Assembly (NCBI GenBank): GCA_015520105.1
Contig: WAQT01000010.1
Span: 1-57,004 of the forward strand
Length of the DNA stretch: 57,004 bases
Direction: 5' to 3'
Origin: Candidatus Aenigmatarchaeota archaeon
GTDB lineage: Archaea > Aenigmatarchaeota > Aenigmatarchaeia > QMZP01
Position numbers and translations under genes: made by a program
In this document: positions 34,319 to 43,444 of the stretch, piece by piece
Numbering within the stretch: position 1 is the first letter of the stretch
How the letters are laid out: each line of letters opens with the position of its first letter
Notes under the pieces: model-generated
Seen by the model: the letters and a program-made list of their open reading frames with translations, nothing else
What the model was told of the DNA's origin: nothing
Database searches by the model: none

Positions 34319-35716
34319 ATGAAGGTTGCGGAAAGGATTTCAGGGTTTCTTGAAAGAAATTCATTGGTTGTTATTATTGCGTGGTTCTCGGTTTTTGGTG
34401 TTTACAGGGTTTCGAGGTACGCGGGGCTGATATCCTTTAACAGCGATTCCTCAGGAGGACTTTTTCTCCCTGATATGGTTAACGTTGCAGTGTTTGCTGG
34501 ATGCGTCTCCCTCTTTTTTGCAGCGTGCTTGCTTTCCATGAGGGTCAGGGATTATAGAAGGCCCCTGCTCATATTTATAGCGTGCATTGCATTTCTGGCA
34601 GGATTCACTCAGTTGACTCAGCCGGGATGGGTTGATGCAGAGGGCTATTACGCACTTGGTGTTCTCGGCGCTGAGAAGGGCCCCCTCTATCTTATCCAGA
34701 ACTATCACACGCTGAACACGAGGTGGAGCGAAGGATTCGTGGCTGAGCTTGAAAGAAGCCTGAAAGGCGCCGGGCTTTATGAATTCGGAATGGAGAAGCT
34801 GAAACCAGAAGTGGGGGACGGAAACATCTACTCGTCGAGGATAGCGAAGCATCCTCCGCTGTGGCCTGTGATTCTTTCATCCTTTATGATTCTGTTCGGA
34901 ACAAGCCGCGCAGCCGCGCTTGCGGCGGAGTGGATAACGGCATCGCTCGTTCCGGTTGTAATATACTTCCTCCTGAGGATGCGTTCGGGAAGCGATAGCG
35001 CTCTCAGGATGTCTCTTCTCTTCGGCCTTGTTCCTGCATTCGTTCTCTCATCATCCGCCCCTCTTCTGGATTCCGTGGTAACGTTGTTTGTTTTGCTTTC
35101 GGCATACTTCCTTGTTTCCGGAAACGATATGGAGAGCGAGAGGAGGATTGCTCTGGCAGGCCTGTTCTGCGGGCTTGCGTTCTTCACAAAGTTTATCGCG
35201 GTGTTCGCAATCGCTGCGTTCGTTCTACTTCTGTTCGCAAAGCATGGATGGAGAAAAGGACTGAGGCGCAGTCTTATATTCGCTTTTCCGATCGCTGGAG
35301 TCTCGCTGGTTTTCATGCTCCTGAACTACTACTTCTTTCTTACCATAATCACAGCAAAGGTGTCAGAAACGCTTTCGTCTGGGCGTTATGCAAAAGGTTT
35401 GATTTTTGACAGCGCGCTGACGCTTTACTACCTCAACTATTTCGGGATAGTTCCTGTATTTATGGTTCTCATGTTCGCGCTGAGAGGGCTGCCTAGAGCG
35501 AGGAGTCTGGTAAAGGATGAGGCGTGGCTCTTTGTCCTGCTATTTGCTTTCCTTCTGGTTGCTTATCCCATAAAAGTCGGAATTGAGAGGCATGCTCTTC
35601 CGTTCTTCATGCTGTGCAGCATGGCTGCAGCGAGGTATATGGAAACGAGGAGCGGCAGGAAGCTCTTTTATGCGGGTTTCCCTCTTCTGATTCTTCAGGC
35701 GCTGCTTCTGAGCTAA
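34319..35716 (+). CDS. Polytopic GT-C-type glycosyltransferase (ArnT/PMT, GT39/83-like)
   Basis: 465 aa with at least 10 hydrophobic helices and a KHPPLWPVIL motif, as in the ArnT/PMT_2 family. Confidence 0.55.
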   Translation: MKVAERISGFLERNSLVVIIAWFSVFGVYRVSRYAGLISFNSDSSGGLFLPDMVNVAVFAGCVSLFFAACLLSMRVRDYRRPLLIFIACIAFLAGFTQLTQPGWVDAEGYYALGVLGAEKGPLYLIQNYHTLNTRWSEGFVAELERSLKGAGLYEFGMEKLKPEVGDGNIYSSRIAKHPPLWPVILSSFMILFGTSRAAALAAEWITASLVPVVIYFLLRMRSGSDSALRMSLLFGLVPAFVLSSSAPLLDSVVTLFVLLSAYFLVSGNDMESERRIALAGLFCGLAFFTKFIAVFAIAAFVLLLFAKHGWRKGLRRSLIFAFPIAGVSLVFMLLNYYFFLTIITAKVSETLSSGRYAKGLIFDSALTLYYLNYFGIVPVFMVLMFALRGLPRARSLVKDEAWLFVLLFAFLLVAYPIKVGIERHALPFFMLCSMAAARYMETRSGRKLFYAGFPLLILQALLLS

Positions 35717-35748
35717 GAAATTTTAATAGCGCGCAGATAATCATAAGA

Positions 35749-36711
35749 ATGAGAATTCTGAAGTTTCTTCCTGTTCTGGGGATAGCGCTCTTTATATTCA
35801 TATTGAGAGGTCTTGACTGGAACATTATCCTGGAACTTCTCTCGAGAACCAACCTTTACGTAATAGTTGCGATTCTCCTCCTTCAGGTTCCGATAGTGCT
35901 CACAAAGGCGCTGAAGTGGAAAGCGATTATAAAGGCCTATGGTGTTGAGTTCCCTCTGTCAAGGGCGGTCTCTTCATGGCTCATAGGATTTGCCGCGGGC
36001 ATTGTGACTCCCGGAAGGATGGGAGATTTCGCAAGGGTTTATTACTTGAGAGGGAGGCTTCCGTCAGGAGAGGCGGCAACCACTGTTGCCGTGGACAGGA
36101 TAATAGACATATTCATACTCTTTTCCCTCTCGCTCATAGGCATTGCGCTGTTCTCCGCTGTTTATGCAGCGGGCCGCAGCGCGATTACGATTGTTGCTGC
36201 CATAGGTGCGTTCTTTGCGCTGTTTTCGGCGGGCGTGTACGCGTTCGCAATAAAGGGGGTTGCAGAGAGGCTGGCAAGACCGCTTCTGAGGGCTTTCGTG
36301 CCATCCAGGCACAAGGAAAGAGCAAAGGGCCTCTTTCACGGATTCTACAAGGGCCTCGATATCATAAGAAGCAACAGGAAGAACGTAGCGGAGTCTTTCC
36401 TGCTGTCCCTCGTTTCGTGGTTTCTTATTATAGTGCAGACCTACATGATTTCTGTTGCGATAAACATAGAGGTTCCCTTTGTTTTCGTCGCGTCCATACT
36501 TCCCGTCATAACCATTCTTGACGTTCTTCCTGTATCCTTTTCGGGAATAGGCACAAGGGACGCCGCTCTTATATTCTTCTTCGGGTTTCTCCCGCTTCCT
36601 CCTGAGGCAGCGGTGTCGTTTTCCCTGATGATACTGGTGTTCAACTACCTGGTCGCGGCCGGCGCCGGAATGCTGCTGTGGGCAAAAAACCCTTTCAGGA
36701 TTCATGGCTGA
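35749..36711 (+). CDS. Flippase-like membrane protein (lysyl-PG synthase TM region / UPF0104 family)
   Basis: From the ATG at 35749. Basic residues lie between TM helices, with a GR.GD(F/L)AR(V/A)YY motif (GRMGDFARVYYL). The A/T box AAATTTTAATAG lies about 25 nt upstream. Confidence 0.6.
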   Translation: MRILKFLPVLGIALFIFILRGLDWNIILELLSRTNLYVIVAILLLQVPIVLTKALKWKAIIKAYGVEFPLSRAVSSWLIGFAAGIVTPGRMGDFARVYYLRGRLPSGEAATTVAVDRIIDIFILFSLSLIGIALFSAVYAAGRSAITIVAAIGAFFALFSAGVYAFAIKGVAERLARPLLRAFVPSRHKERAKGLFHGFYKGLDIIRSNRKNVAESFLLSLVSWFLIIVQTYMISVAINIEVPFVFVASILPVITILDVLPVSFSGIGTRDAALIFFFGFLPLPPEAAVSFSLMILVFNYLVAAGAGMLLWAKNPFRIHG

Positions 36712-37412
36712 AGCGGAGGAAATTTTTTCCAGTAAGAAGAGAACCTGTATTTGAATATGCATTTCAGATAGGACTTTCCAACCTTCCACCTGTTGAGCTT
36801 GGTCTCGCCTGCCCTTATTTTGTAAGGTATGGGTATCTCTTTGTGCCTGAATCCTGAGAGTTTGGACTTTATTATTATCTCGCAGGGAAGGGCATTGAAG
36901 TTCCTGCTGGCTTCCCACCTTATTCCGTGACCGACTTCCCTCCTCATGCATATCATTCCTGTGGATACGTCGTGAACATTTATTCCGTAAAGCAGTCTGA
37001 CCAGAAAAGCAAAGAGCCTGTTGCCGAACTTGTTGAACGAGGGCATCTGCTTCTTCAGCTCTCTGGTCATCCTGTTGCAGGTTATTATGTCGTATCCCCT
37101 TTCAATCAGGAACACAAGCCTTGGTATGTATTCCATTGGGTAGGTGTTGTCGCAGTCTGTAGTGATTATTATGTCGTTCCTGGCTGCGTAGATTGCCTCC
37201 TTGAGCGCTGCCCCGTGGCCCTGAGGCTTCTGCCATAACACGCGGGCTCCCCTTCCTCTTGCTATCTCGGCTGTCCTGTCAGTGCTGCTGTCCACTATCA
37301 CTATCTCGGTTTCGTAATCCTTTGTGTGCTTCCTTATGTCATCTATCATTTTTCCTATCGCTTCCTCCTCGTTGAAGCTTGCCATGACCACTGAAACGCT
37401 TGGCTTTTTCAT
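36702..37412 (-). CDS. GT2 glycosyltransferase (Dpm1/polyprenyl-phosphate sugar synthase-like, soluble)
   Basis: VSVVMASFNEEEAI...IVIVDSSTDRT...TTDCDNTY are GT-A DxD-type motifs. Confidence 0.7.
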   Translation of the reverse strand: MKKPSVSVVMASFNEEEAIGKMIDDIRKHTKDYETEIVIVDSSTDRTAEIARGRGARVLWQKPQGHGAALKEAIYAARNDIIITTDCDNTYPMEYIPRLVFLIERGYDIITCNRMTRELKKQMPSFNKFGNRLFAFLVRLLYGINVHDVSTGMICMRREVGHGIRWEASRNFNALPCEIIIKSKLSGFRHKEIPIPYKIRAGETKLNRWKVGKSYLKCIFKYRFSSYWKKFPPLQP

Positions 37413-38698
37413 GCTTCACCGTTCAGTTTTCTTGCGAGGCTGTATGCACGCTCAACCACAGCATCCATATTGAGGTATTCGAATTCCGCGAACCTGCCGC
37501 ATGAATGTATGCCCCGCGACGAGAGGTATTCCAAGACCATGTCCGTGTTCCTTCTGTGCTCCAGGTCGTAGATGACATAGGCGTACTCAAAGGACCGGAT
37601 TTCCGTTTTCAGGACATCCTCTTTTTTAACAATGCCCGTGGAATCAAGGCCTTCTATAACCGCCCGCTTTATTGATTCCCTGTCCATTCTTCCGATATGG
37701 CTCTCCTTTCTGTAAGTGATTTCAGCTATTATCACGCTTCCCTTTCCGGTTCTGTAGCTGTCTCCGAGGAAGCTGATTTTTGATATTCTGTGGAATATCA
37801 GTTTCTTGTCCGCGAACGTGGCCACGAAATTATCTCCCATGGAGTCATTTCTCGCGAGAACCGCGACTATGTGGATGGAGTTGTACTTGAGATTTCTCAG
37901 CGCGTTTCTCACCCTCGCTGGCACGTCATCGAGATAGTTGAAGAGTTCGTGAACCGGCATGCAGTTCACAATATCCTTTCCTTTGAAAGTTCCCCTGTCT
38001 GTCAGAACGCTCCAGCCGTCCTTTGACTTCTCTATCCTTTCTATCTCAACCGGGTTCACGATGTCCGCTTTTTGCCTCGCTGCGCTGCTGAATCTCTCTA
38101 TGACATGCTCTATTCCGCCACTCTTCGGATAATGGAAATAGAGCTGGTGCGTGTAGCCCTCGCTGGGTTTTCCGTTGGCGGAGTTTATTATGTCCTCCTT
38201 CGGGGGCTTGGGTATTCTTTCCACCATCTGGGTGTCCATAAAGGAGGGGTCGAACTTCCATATCTTTTCGTTGTAAGGCTGGAGGTAGAGCCTTGTTATA
38301 CCCTCGCCGAAGGTTTTGAGGAAGAACTGCAGCATGTTCTTCGCATCGTATTTCTCGTAGGGATTGTTCAGAAATTCGTTGAGGCAGTATTCCCTTTCAT
38401 CTTTGTCAAGGGCGTATAGATGGTTCTCAAAAGGATATTTGACGAACCTGTTCCTGTGGAAGATGACGTTTGACCTCCTTATCACATTCGTCTCCAGAAG
38501 CGAGGTTATCCTGTTCAGGGATTCCTTTTTTCTGGAAAAGAGTATATGCGGTCCTATGTCATATCTGACGCCGCAGAAGCTGAAGCTTCTGCACAGGCCT
38601 CCGATTCGCGCTTCCCTTTCAAGTATCGTTGACTTTTGTTTCAGATAATTCGCCAGAGAGAGGCCGGCAAGACCTGCTCCGAGTATGACGACAGACAT
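37409..38698 (-). CDS. FAD-dependent oxidoreductase (amine-oxidase / UDP-galactopyranose-mutase-like fold)
   Basis: N-terminal VVILGAGLAGLS dinucleotide motif. The C-terminal CGRFAEFEYLNMDAV is reminiscent of UGM/PPOX-like proteins. ATGA overlap with the downstream GT2. Confidence 0.55.
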   Translation of the reverse strand: MSVVILGAGLAGLSLANYLKQKSTILEREARIGGLCRSFSFCGVRYDIGPHILFSRKKESLNRITSLLETNVIRRSNVIFHRNRFVKYPFENHLYALDKDEREYCLNEFLNNPYEKYDAKNMLQFFLKTFGEGITRLYLQPYNEKIWKFDPSFMDTQMVERIPKPPKEDIINSANGKPSEGYTHQLYFHYPKSGGIEHVIERFSSAARQKADIVNPVEIERIEKSKDGWSVLTDRGTFKGKDIVNCMPVHELFNYLDDVPARVRNALRNLKYNSIHIVAVLARNDSMGDNFVATFADKKLIFHRISKISFLGDSYRTGKGSVIIAEITYRKESHIGRMDRESIKRAVIEGLDSTGIVKKEDVLKTEIRSFEYAYVIYDLEHRRNTDMVLEYLSSRGIHSCGRFAEFEYLNMDAVVERAYSLARKLNGEA

Positions 38699-38777
38699 AT
38701 AGATTTAATGCAGGCGTTTTATTTAACTCTTTCAGGAAGCGGCGAATATTAATAAATATTCCGGTTATTATCGGAGT

Positions 38778-39716
38778 ATGGCAAGGGTTCTTGTCACAGG
38801 AGGCGCGGGGTTCATAGGCTCGAACATAGCTGAGGCCCTTCTGGAGAAGGGTTATGAGGTCAGGGTTCTTGACAACGAATCTACCGGAAACAGGAAGAAT
38901 CTCTCAGGCCTTGCGGGTCTGGAATTTCTCAGAGGCGACATAAAGGATATGGAAACCGTGAGCAAAGCCATGGAAGGCATTGATTTCGTGCTTCACCAGG
39001 CAGCGCTGCCCTCTGTGAGCAGGTCTGTGGAGAATCCTCTGGAGACCAACGGTGTTAACGTGGAGGGGAGCCTTAACGTTCTCGAGGCAGCGAGAAAGAG
39101 GGATGTTGAAAGGATAGTGTACGCCTCATCTTCTTCGGTTTATGGCGACACCGAGATTCTGCCCAAGAGGGAGGACATGGAGCCGAAACCCCTCTCTCCC
39201 TATGCGGCGAGCAAGGTCGCGATGGAATATTACTTCTCGGTGTTCAACAACGTTTACGGGATAAAGGCAATCGGCCTTCGATACTTCAACGTCTACGGCC
39301 CGAGGCAGAACCCTGAATCCGAGTACGCTGCTGTTGTTCCGAGGTTCATAAAGGCGGTTCTTTCCGGAGAGAGGCCTGTGATATACGGCGATGGAGAGCA
39401 GACAAGAGACTTCACTTATGTAAAGGACGTTGTTCAGGCAAACCTGCTTGCGATGAACGCGAAGGGAATCGGGCATGAGGTGTTCAACATAGCGAGGGGG
39501 GAAAGGATAAGCATAAACAGGCTGCTGGAGATGATATGCAATATCGCTGGAAGGGACGTCAGTCCGGAGCACAGGGAACCGAGGAAGGGAGACATAAGGG
39601 ATTCCCTTGCGGACATAAGCAAAGCCAAGGAGAGGATTGGATACTCTCCTGAATACGATATAGAGAAGGGGTTGAGGGAAACCGTTGACTGGTTCAGGGC
39701 GAGGACGGATGCTTGA
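38778..39716 (+). CDS. NAD-dependent UDP-sugar 4-epimerase (WbpP/TviC-like)
   Basis: TGGAGFIGSN, HQAALPSVSRSVENP, SSSSVYGD and YAASK motifs. Confidence 0.7.
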   Translation: MARVLVTGGAGFIGSNIAEALLEKGYEVRVLDNESTGNRKNLSGLAGLEFLRGDIKDMETVSKAMEGIDFVLHQAALPSVSRSVENPLETNGVNVEGSLNVLEAARKRDVERIVYASSSSVYGDTEILPKREDMEPKPLSPYAASKVAMEYYFSVFNNVYGIKAIGLRYFNVYGPRQNPESEYAAVVPRFIKAVLSGERPVIYGDGEQTRDFTYVKDVVQANLLAMNAKGIGHEVFNIARGERISINRLLEMICNIAGRDVSPEHREPRKGDIRDSLADISKAKERIGYSPEYDIEKGLRETVDWFRARTDA

Positions 39717-41037
39717 TTCTCTTATGGAGAGGCTGGAGAAGAACGAGGCTTCGGTGTGCATAGTCGGGACTGGCTATGTCGGGCTTCCGCTCGCTGTAGA
39801 GTTCGCGCTGTCCGGACTGAAGGTCAGAGGGTTCGACCTGAACAGGGAGAAGGTGGGTCAGCTCAGCAAGGGAACGGATGTTACCGGAGAGGTGAGCAGC
39901 GAGCGGCTGAAAGAAGCCCTTGGGAAGGGTCTGGAGTTCACGTCAGAAGAGAGCGAAATAAAGGGCTCAGACTTCTTTATCCTGTGCGTTCCAACCCCTG
40001 TAGGAAGGAACAAGGAGCCCGACCTCTCTTACGTCAAGTCCGCAGGGGAGGTTGCAGGAAGGAACCTCAAGAGGGGAAGCGTGGTTGTCCTTGAGTCCAC
40101 TGTCTATCCCGGAGCCACAGAGGAGGTTCTGAAGCCGGTTCTTGAGAGGGAGTCCGGCCTTGCATGCGGAAGGGATTTCTTTCTTGGTTATTCTCCGGAG
40201 AGGGTGAATCCTGGGGATAAAGAGCACGGACTTGAAAACGTGGTGAAGGTTGTCGCCGGCTCCAGCGAAGAGGTCGCAGACGTCCTTGAGAAGCTTTACT
40301 CCCGCGTGACGAAGGCAGGGGTGTTCAGGGCGAAGGACATAAAGACAGCCGAGGCTGCAAAGGTGATAGAGAACATACAGAGGGACCTTAATATAGCTCT
40401 GATTAATGAGCTTTCAATGATATTCAGGAGAATGGGGATAGACACCGAAGAGGTCCTTAAGGCAGCTGAGACGAAGTGGAACTTTCATTCGTACAGGCCC
40501 GGAATGGTCGGAGGGCACTGCATACCTGTTGACCCGTACTATCTGGTTCACAGGGCAAGGGAGATCGGTTATGAACCGAAAGTGATACTCGCCGGGAGGG
40601 AGATAAACGACAGCATGCCCGAGTACGTGGAGAGGCTGGTCGAGGAGGAGGTCCGGAAGCAGGGGAAAAATCCTCGGGATTGCAGGGTTCTGATACTCGG
40701 CCTGAGCTTCAAGAGGAACGTAAGGGACACGAGGAACTCTCCTGTAAAGAGGCTTGCGGCTCTTCTCAGGGAGAGAGGCTTTTCTGTTGCGGTTCACGAC
40801 CCGCTTGTTGGGAAGGAGTGCGCAGAGAGGGAATTTGATGCCGAATATGCGGAGAGCATTGACGATGGAAGGTTTGACTGCGCGGTAATAGCAACGGACC
40901 ACGACGTGTTCAGGAAGACAGTGGACGCTGAGAAATTGAAAAGAATTCTCGGGGAGAAGGGGATAGTGGTTGATGCGAGGAGAATGCTCTCTCCGGAGAG
41001 TGTCAGGAAGGAAGGCCTTGTTTACGTGAGCCTGTGA
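39709..41037 (+). CDS. UDP-N-acetyl-hexosamine (nucleotide-sugar) 6-dehydrogenase (WecC/TviB/WbpO-like)
   Basis: VCIVGTGYVGLPLA, the catalytic region GGHCIPVDP, and a C-terminal UDP-binding domain. Confidence 0.7.
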   Translation: MLDSLMERLEKNEASVCIVGTGYVGLPLAVEFALSGLKVRGFDLNREKVGQLSKGTDVTGEVSSERLKEALGKGLEFTSEESEIKGSDFFILCVPTPVGRNKEPDLSYVKSAGEVAGRNLKRGSVVVLESTVYPGATEEVLKPVLERESGLACGRDFFLGYSPERVNPGDKEHGLENVVKVVAGSSEEVADVLEKLYSRVTKAGVFRAKDIKTAEAAKVIENIQRDLNIALINELSMIFRRMGIDTEEVLKAAETKWNFHSYRPGMVGGHCIPVDPYYLVHRAREIGYEPKVILAGREINDSMPEYVERLVEEEVRKQGKNPRDCRVLILGLSFKRNVRDTRNSPVKRLAALLRERGFSVAVHDPLVGKECAEREFDAEYAESIDDGRFDCAVIATDHDVFRKTVDAEKLKRILGEKGIVVDARRMLSPESVRKEGLVYVSL

Positions 41038-41071
41038 TTTCAAATTTAAATAAATCGATTCAGATTAAAGC

Positions 41072-41956
41072 ATGAGAGTGCTCGTGACCATACCGGCGTA
41101 CAACGAGGAAAGGACAATCGGTTCTGTTATAAAAGGGATTCACAAGGCAATGAGAAAGCGAAGATACAGGTACGAGATTCTTGTTGTTGACGACGGCTCA
41201 ACTGACGGGACAGCAGAGGCAGCGAGAAAGGCAGGAGCTGTTGTGCATTCGCACCCCTACAATTACGGCCTCGCAGAAACGTTCAGGACAGAGATGGAGA
41301 AGGTTCTGGAAAGGAAGGGAGACGTCATCGTTCACATAGACGCGGACGGACAGTACAGGGCAGAGGAGATTCCGAAACTGATAGAGCCCATAAGAAAGGG
41401 AGAAGCGGACCTTGTGCTTGGCTCGAGGTTCGCCGGGACTATAGAGGAAATGCCTTTCATAAAGAGGATGGGAAACAGGCTGTTTTCAAGGGTGATATCC
41501 GGCATAGCAAGAATAAAGGTGACGGATGCGCAGACAGGATTCAGGGCGTTCACGAGGGAGTTTGCAGAAAAGGTGAAGATAAAATCAAGGCACACTTACA
41601 CGCAGGAGATGATTATAAGGGCGGTGAGGGAGAAGTTCAGGGTCGCAGAGGTTCCTGTGTATTTCGGGAAAAGGAAGTCGGGAAGGAGCAGGCTTATCTC
41701 AAACCCCTTTGGTTACGCGGTAAGGGCGTGGATAAACATTTTCAGGGTGTACAGGGACTATGAACCCCTCAAGTTCTTTGGAGGAATAGGTCTTGCTTTC
41801 CTGACTGTTGGTTTTGTGTTTGGCCTCTATCTGACATATCTTTTCATTGTTCAGGGTTTCATCAACAAAACACCAACTCTTATACTTACGATGCTGCTCA
41901 TAACAACAGGCATTCAAATAATATTGTTCGGTTTTCTTGCAGACAAGGGAGAGTGA
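41072..41956 (+). CDS. GT2 polyprenyl-phosphate glycosyltransferase (ArnC/GtrB/DPM-like) with two C-terminal TM helices
   Basis: IPAYNEE...VVDDGSTDGT...DADGQY, plus C-terminal hydrophobic helices. Confidence 0.7.
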   Translation: MRVLVTIPAYNEERTIGSVIKGIHKAMRKRRYRYEILVVDDGSTDGTAEAARKAGAVVHSHPYNYGLAETFRTEMEKVLERKGDVIVHIDADGQYRAEEIPKLIEPIRKGEADLVLGSRFAGTIEEMPFIKRMGNRLFSRVISGIARIKVTDAQTGFRAFTREFAEKVKIKSRHTYTQEMIIRAVREKFRVAEVPVYFGKRKSGRSRLISNPFGYAVRAWINIFRVYRDYEPLKFFGGIGLAFLTVGFVFGLYLTYLFIVQGFINKTPTLILTMLLITTGIQIILFGFLADKGE

Positions 41957-42864
41957 GCATGAAAAACTCCGTTCTCAAGGCAGCAATAACTGTGATTCTG
42001 TTTTTGTTCATTGTGCTTGTGGCAAACCCGGAAAGGATATTGCTGCTTATTGGAAACGTGGACCTGAGAATGTTCGCGTTATCTCTTCTTGCGGTTCCTT
42101 TGGGAATTTGTGTAAGAGCGGTCAAGTGGAGGATTATATTGAAGGATGCAGGAATAGGCATCGGGTTCTTTGAATCTCTTAGGGCGGTGTTTATAGGGAT
42201 ATTCTACTCGCTCTTCACTCCTGCAAAGTCAGGGGAGCTTGCAAGGGCATACTATATAAGCGGGAGGAAATCGCGGATTATTCCGACAATAATATATGAC
42301 AGAGTAACTGATATAATCTCTCTGATTGTTGTTGCTTTTATTCTCTTGTTTGCGTTTCTTGGAAGCGGGTTCTTGTGGCTTCTTGCCGCTTTCACGGCAT
42401 GTTTTTTTGCTTCTCTGATTGCGTTTCTGAAGCTTAACGAAAGGGTGATGAACGTTTTTGAGAGGGTGTTTGGAATAGACGAGGATTCGAGAACAACGTT
42501 TTCAAGGGTTATAGCGGGGCTCTTCTCGAACCGGAGGCTTGCGTCAAAGAGTATAATGCTGTCCCTTCTTTTCTATACGATAATTTTTTCCTTTGCAGTT
42601 CCCATTCTGTTATCTCTTGATGCTGGGCTTAACCCTCTGCTTGTGTCTGCCATGCCGCTGGCAATACTTATAGGAAACATTCCTGTGACCATATCCGGCA
42701 TCGGGATGAGGGAATTTGTAACCGCGTTCTATTTTGAAAAGTTTGGCTATAGTTTCTCTCTTGGGTTCTCCTTCTCATTGCTGTGTTTTGTAGTGCTAAC
42801 ATTGATTCCCGGGGTCGTGGGGTATGCGTTTAGCGTTTTTGGTGGTTATCGTGTCAGGAAATGA
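41953..42864 (+). CDS. Flippase-like membrane protein (UPF0104 family)
   Basis: Polytopic protein with the motif PAKSGELARAYYI. ATGA-type overlap with the upstream GT2. Confidence 0.6.
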   Translation: MSMKNSVLKAAITVILFLFIVLVANPERILLLIGNVDLRMFALSLLAVPLGICVRAVKWRIILKDAGIGIGFFESLRAVFIGIFYSLFTPAKSGELARAYYISGRKSRIIPTIIYDRVTDIISLIVVAFILLFAFLGSGFLWLLAAFTACFFASLIAFLKLNERVMNVFERVFGIDEDSRTTFSRVIAGLFSNRRLASKSIMLSLLFYTIIFSFAVPILLSLDAGLNPLLVSAMPLAILIGNIPVTISGIGMREFVTAFYFEKFGYSFSLGFSFSLLCFVVLTLIPGVVGYAFSVFGGYRVRK

Positions 42865-43444
42865 AGGAAACTATTTCAACAAATATGAAAGCAGAAACCC
42901 CCTCATAAGGATTGCTCTCTCGAGATTCATGAAGGACCTTAGAAGATTTGTTTCGTCTCTGAACCCAGACAACGTTCTCGACGTGGGCTGCGGAGAGGGC
43001 TACATCGCTTCTTATATCAAGAGTTCGTTCCCTGAGATAGATATGGTGTGCTCCGATATATCAAAGGAATGTGTAAAGAAAGCGAGAAGTGCTTGCAGTA
43101 ATATGGGGTTTGCTATAAGCGACGGACGCTCTCTAGGATTCAGGAGCAAGAGCTTTGATTTGGTGATTTGTCTTGAGGTTCTAGAACATCTTGAGAGGCC
43201 GGAGAAAGTTGTCAAGGAACTTAGAAGGGTTTCTAGAAAAGGCGTGATTGTGAGCGTTCCGAATGAACCTTTGTGGAGAATCTCCAACATAGCAAGGCTT
43301 GCCTATCTTAAAGACATGGGAAACACTCCTGGACATATACAGCATTTTAACAAGAATAAACTGGGAACGCTTCTGGAAAGACATTTCAAAAAGATAGTTG
43401 TAAAGAAGTCATCGGTGTGGCTGTTCGCTTTATGTGAGTTGTGA
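42824..43444 (+). CDS. Class I SAM-dependent methyltransferase
   Basis: Motif I VLDVGCGEGY and post-I/II motifs. The start is uncertain (possible GTG at 42851). Confidence 0.65.
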   Translation: MRLAFLVVIVSGNEGNYFNKYESRNPLIRIALSRFMKDLRRFVSSLNPDNVLDVGCGEGYIASYIKSSFPEIDMVCSDISKECVKKARSACSNMGFAISDGRSLGFRSKSFDLVICLEVLEHLERPEKVVKELRRVSRKGVIVSVPNEPLWRISNIARLAYLKDMGNTPGHIQHFNKNKLGTLLERHFKKIVVKKSSVWLFALCEL

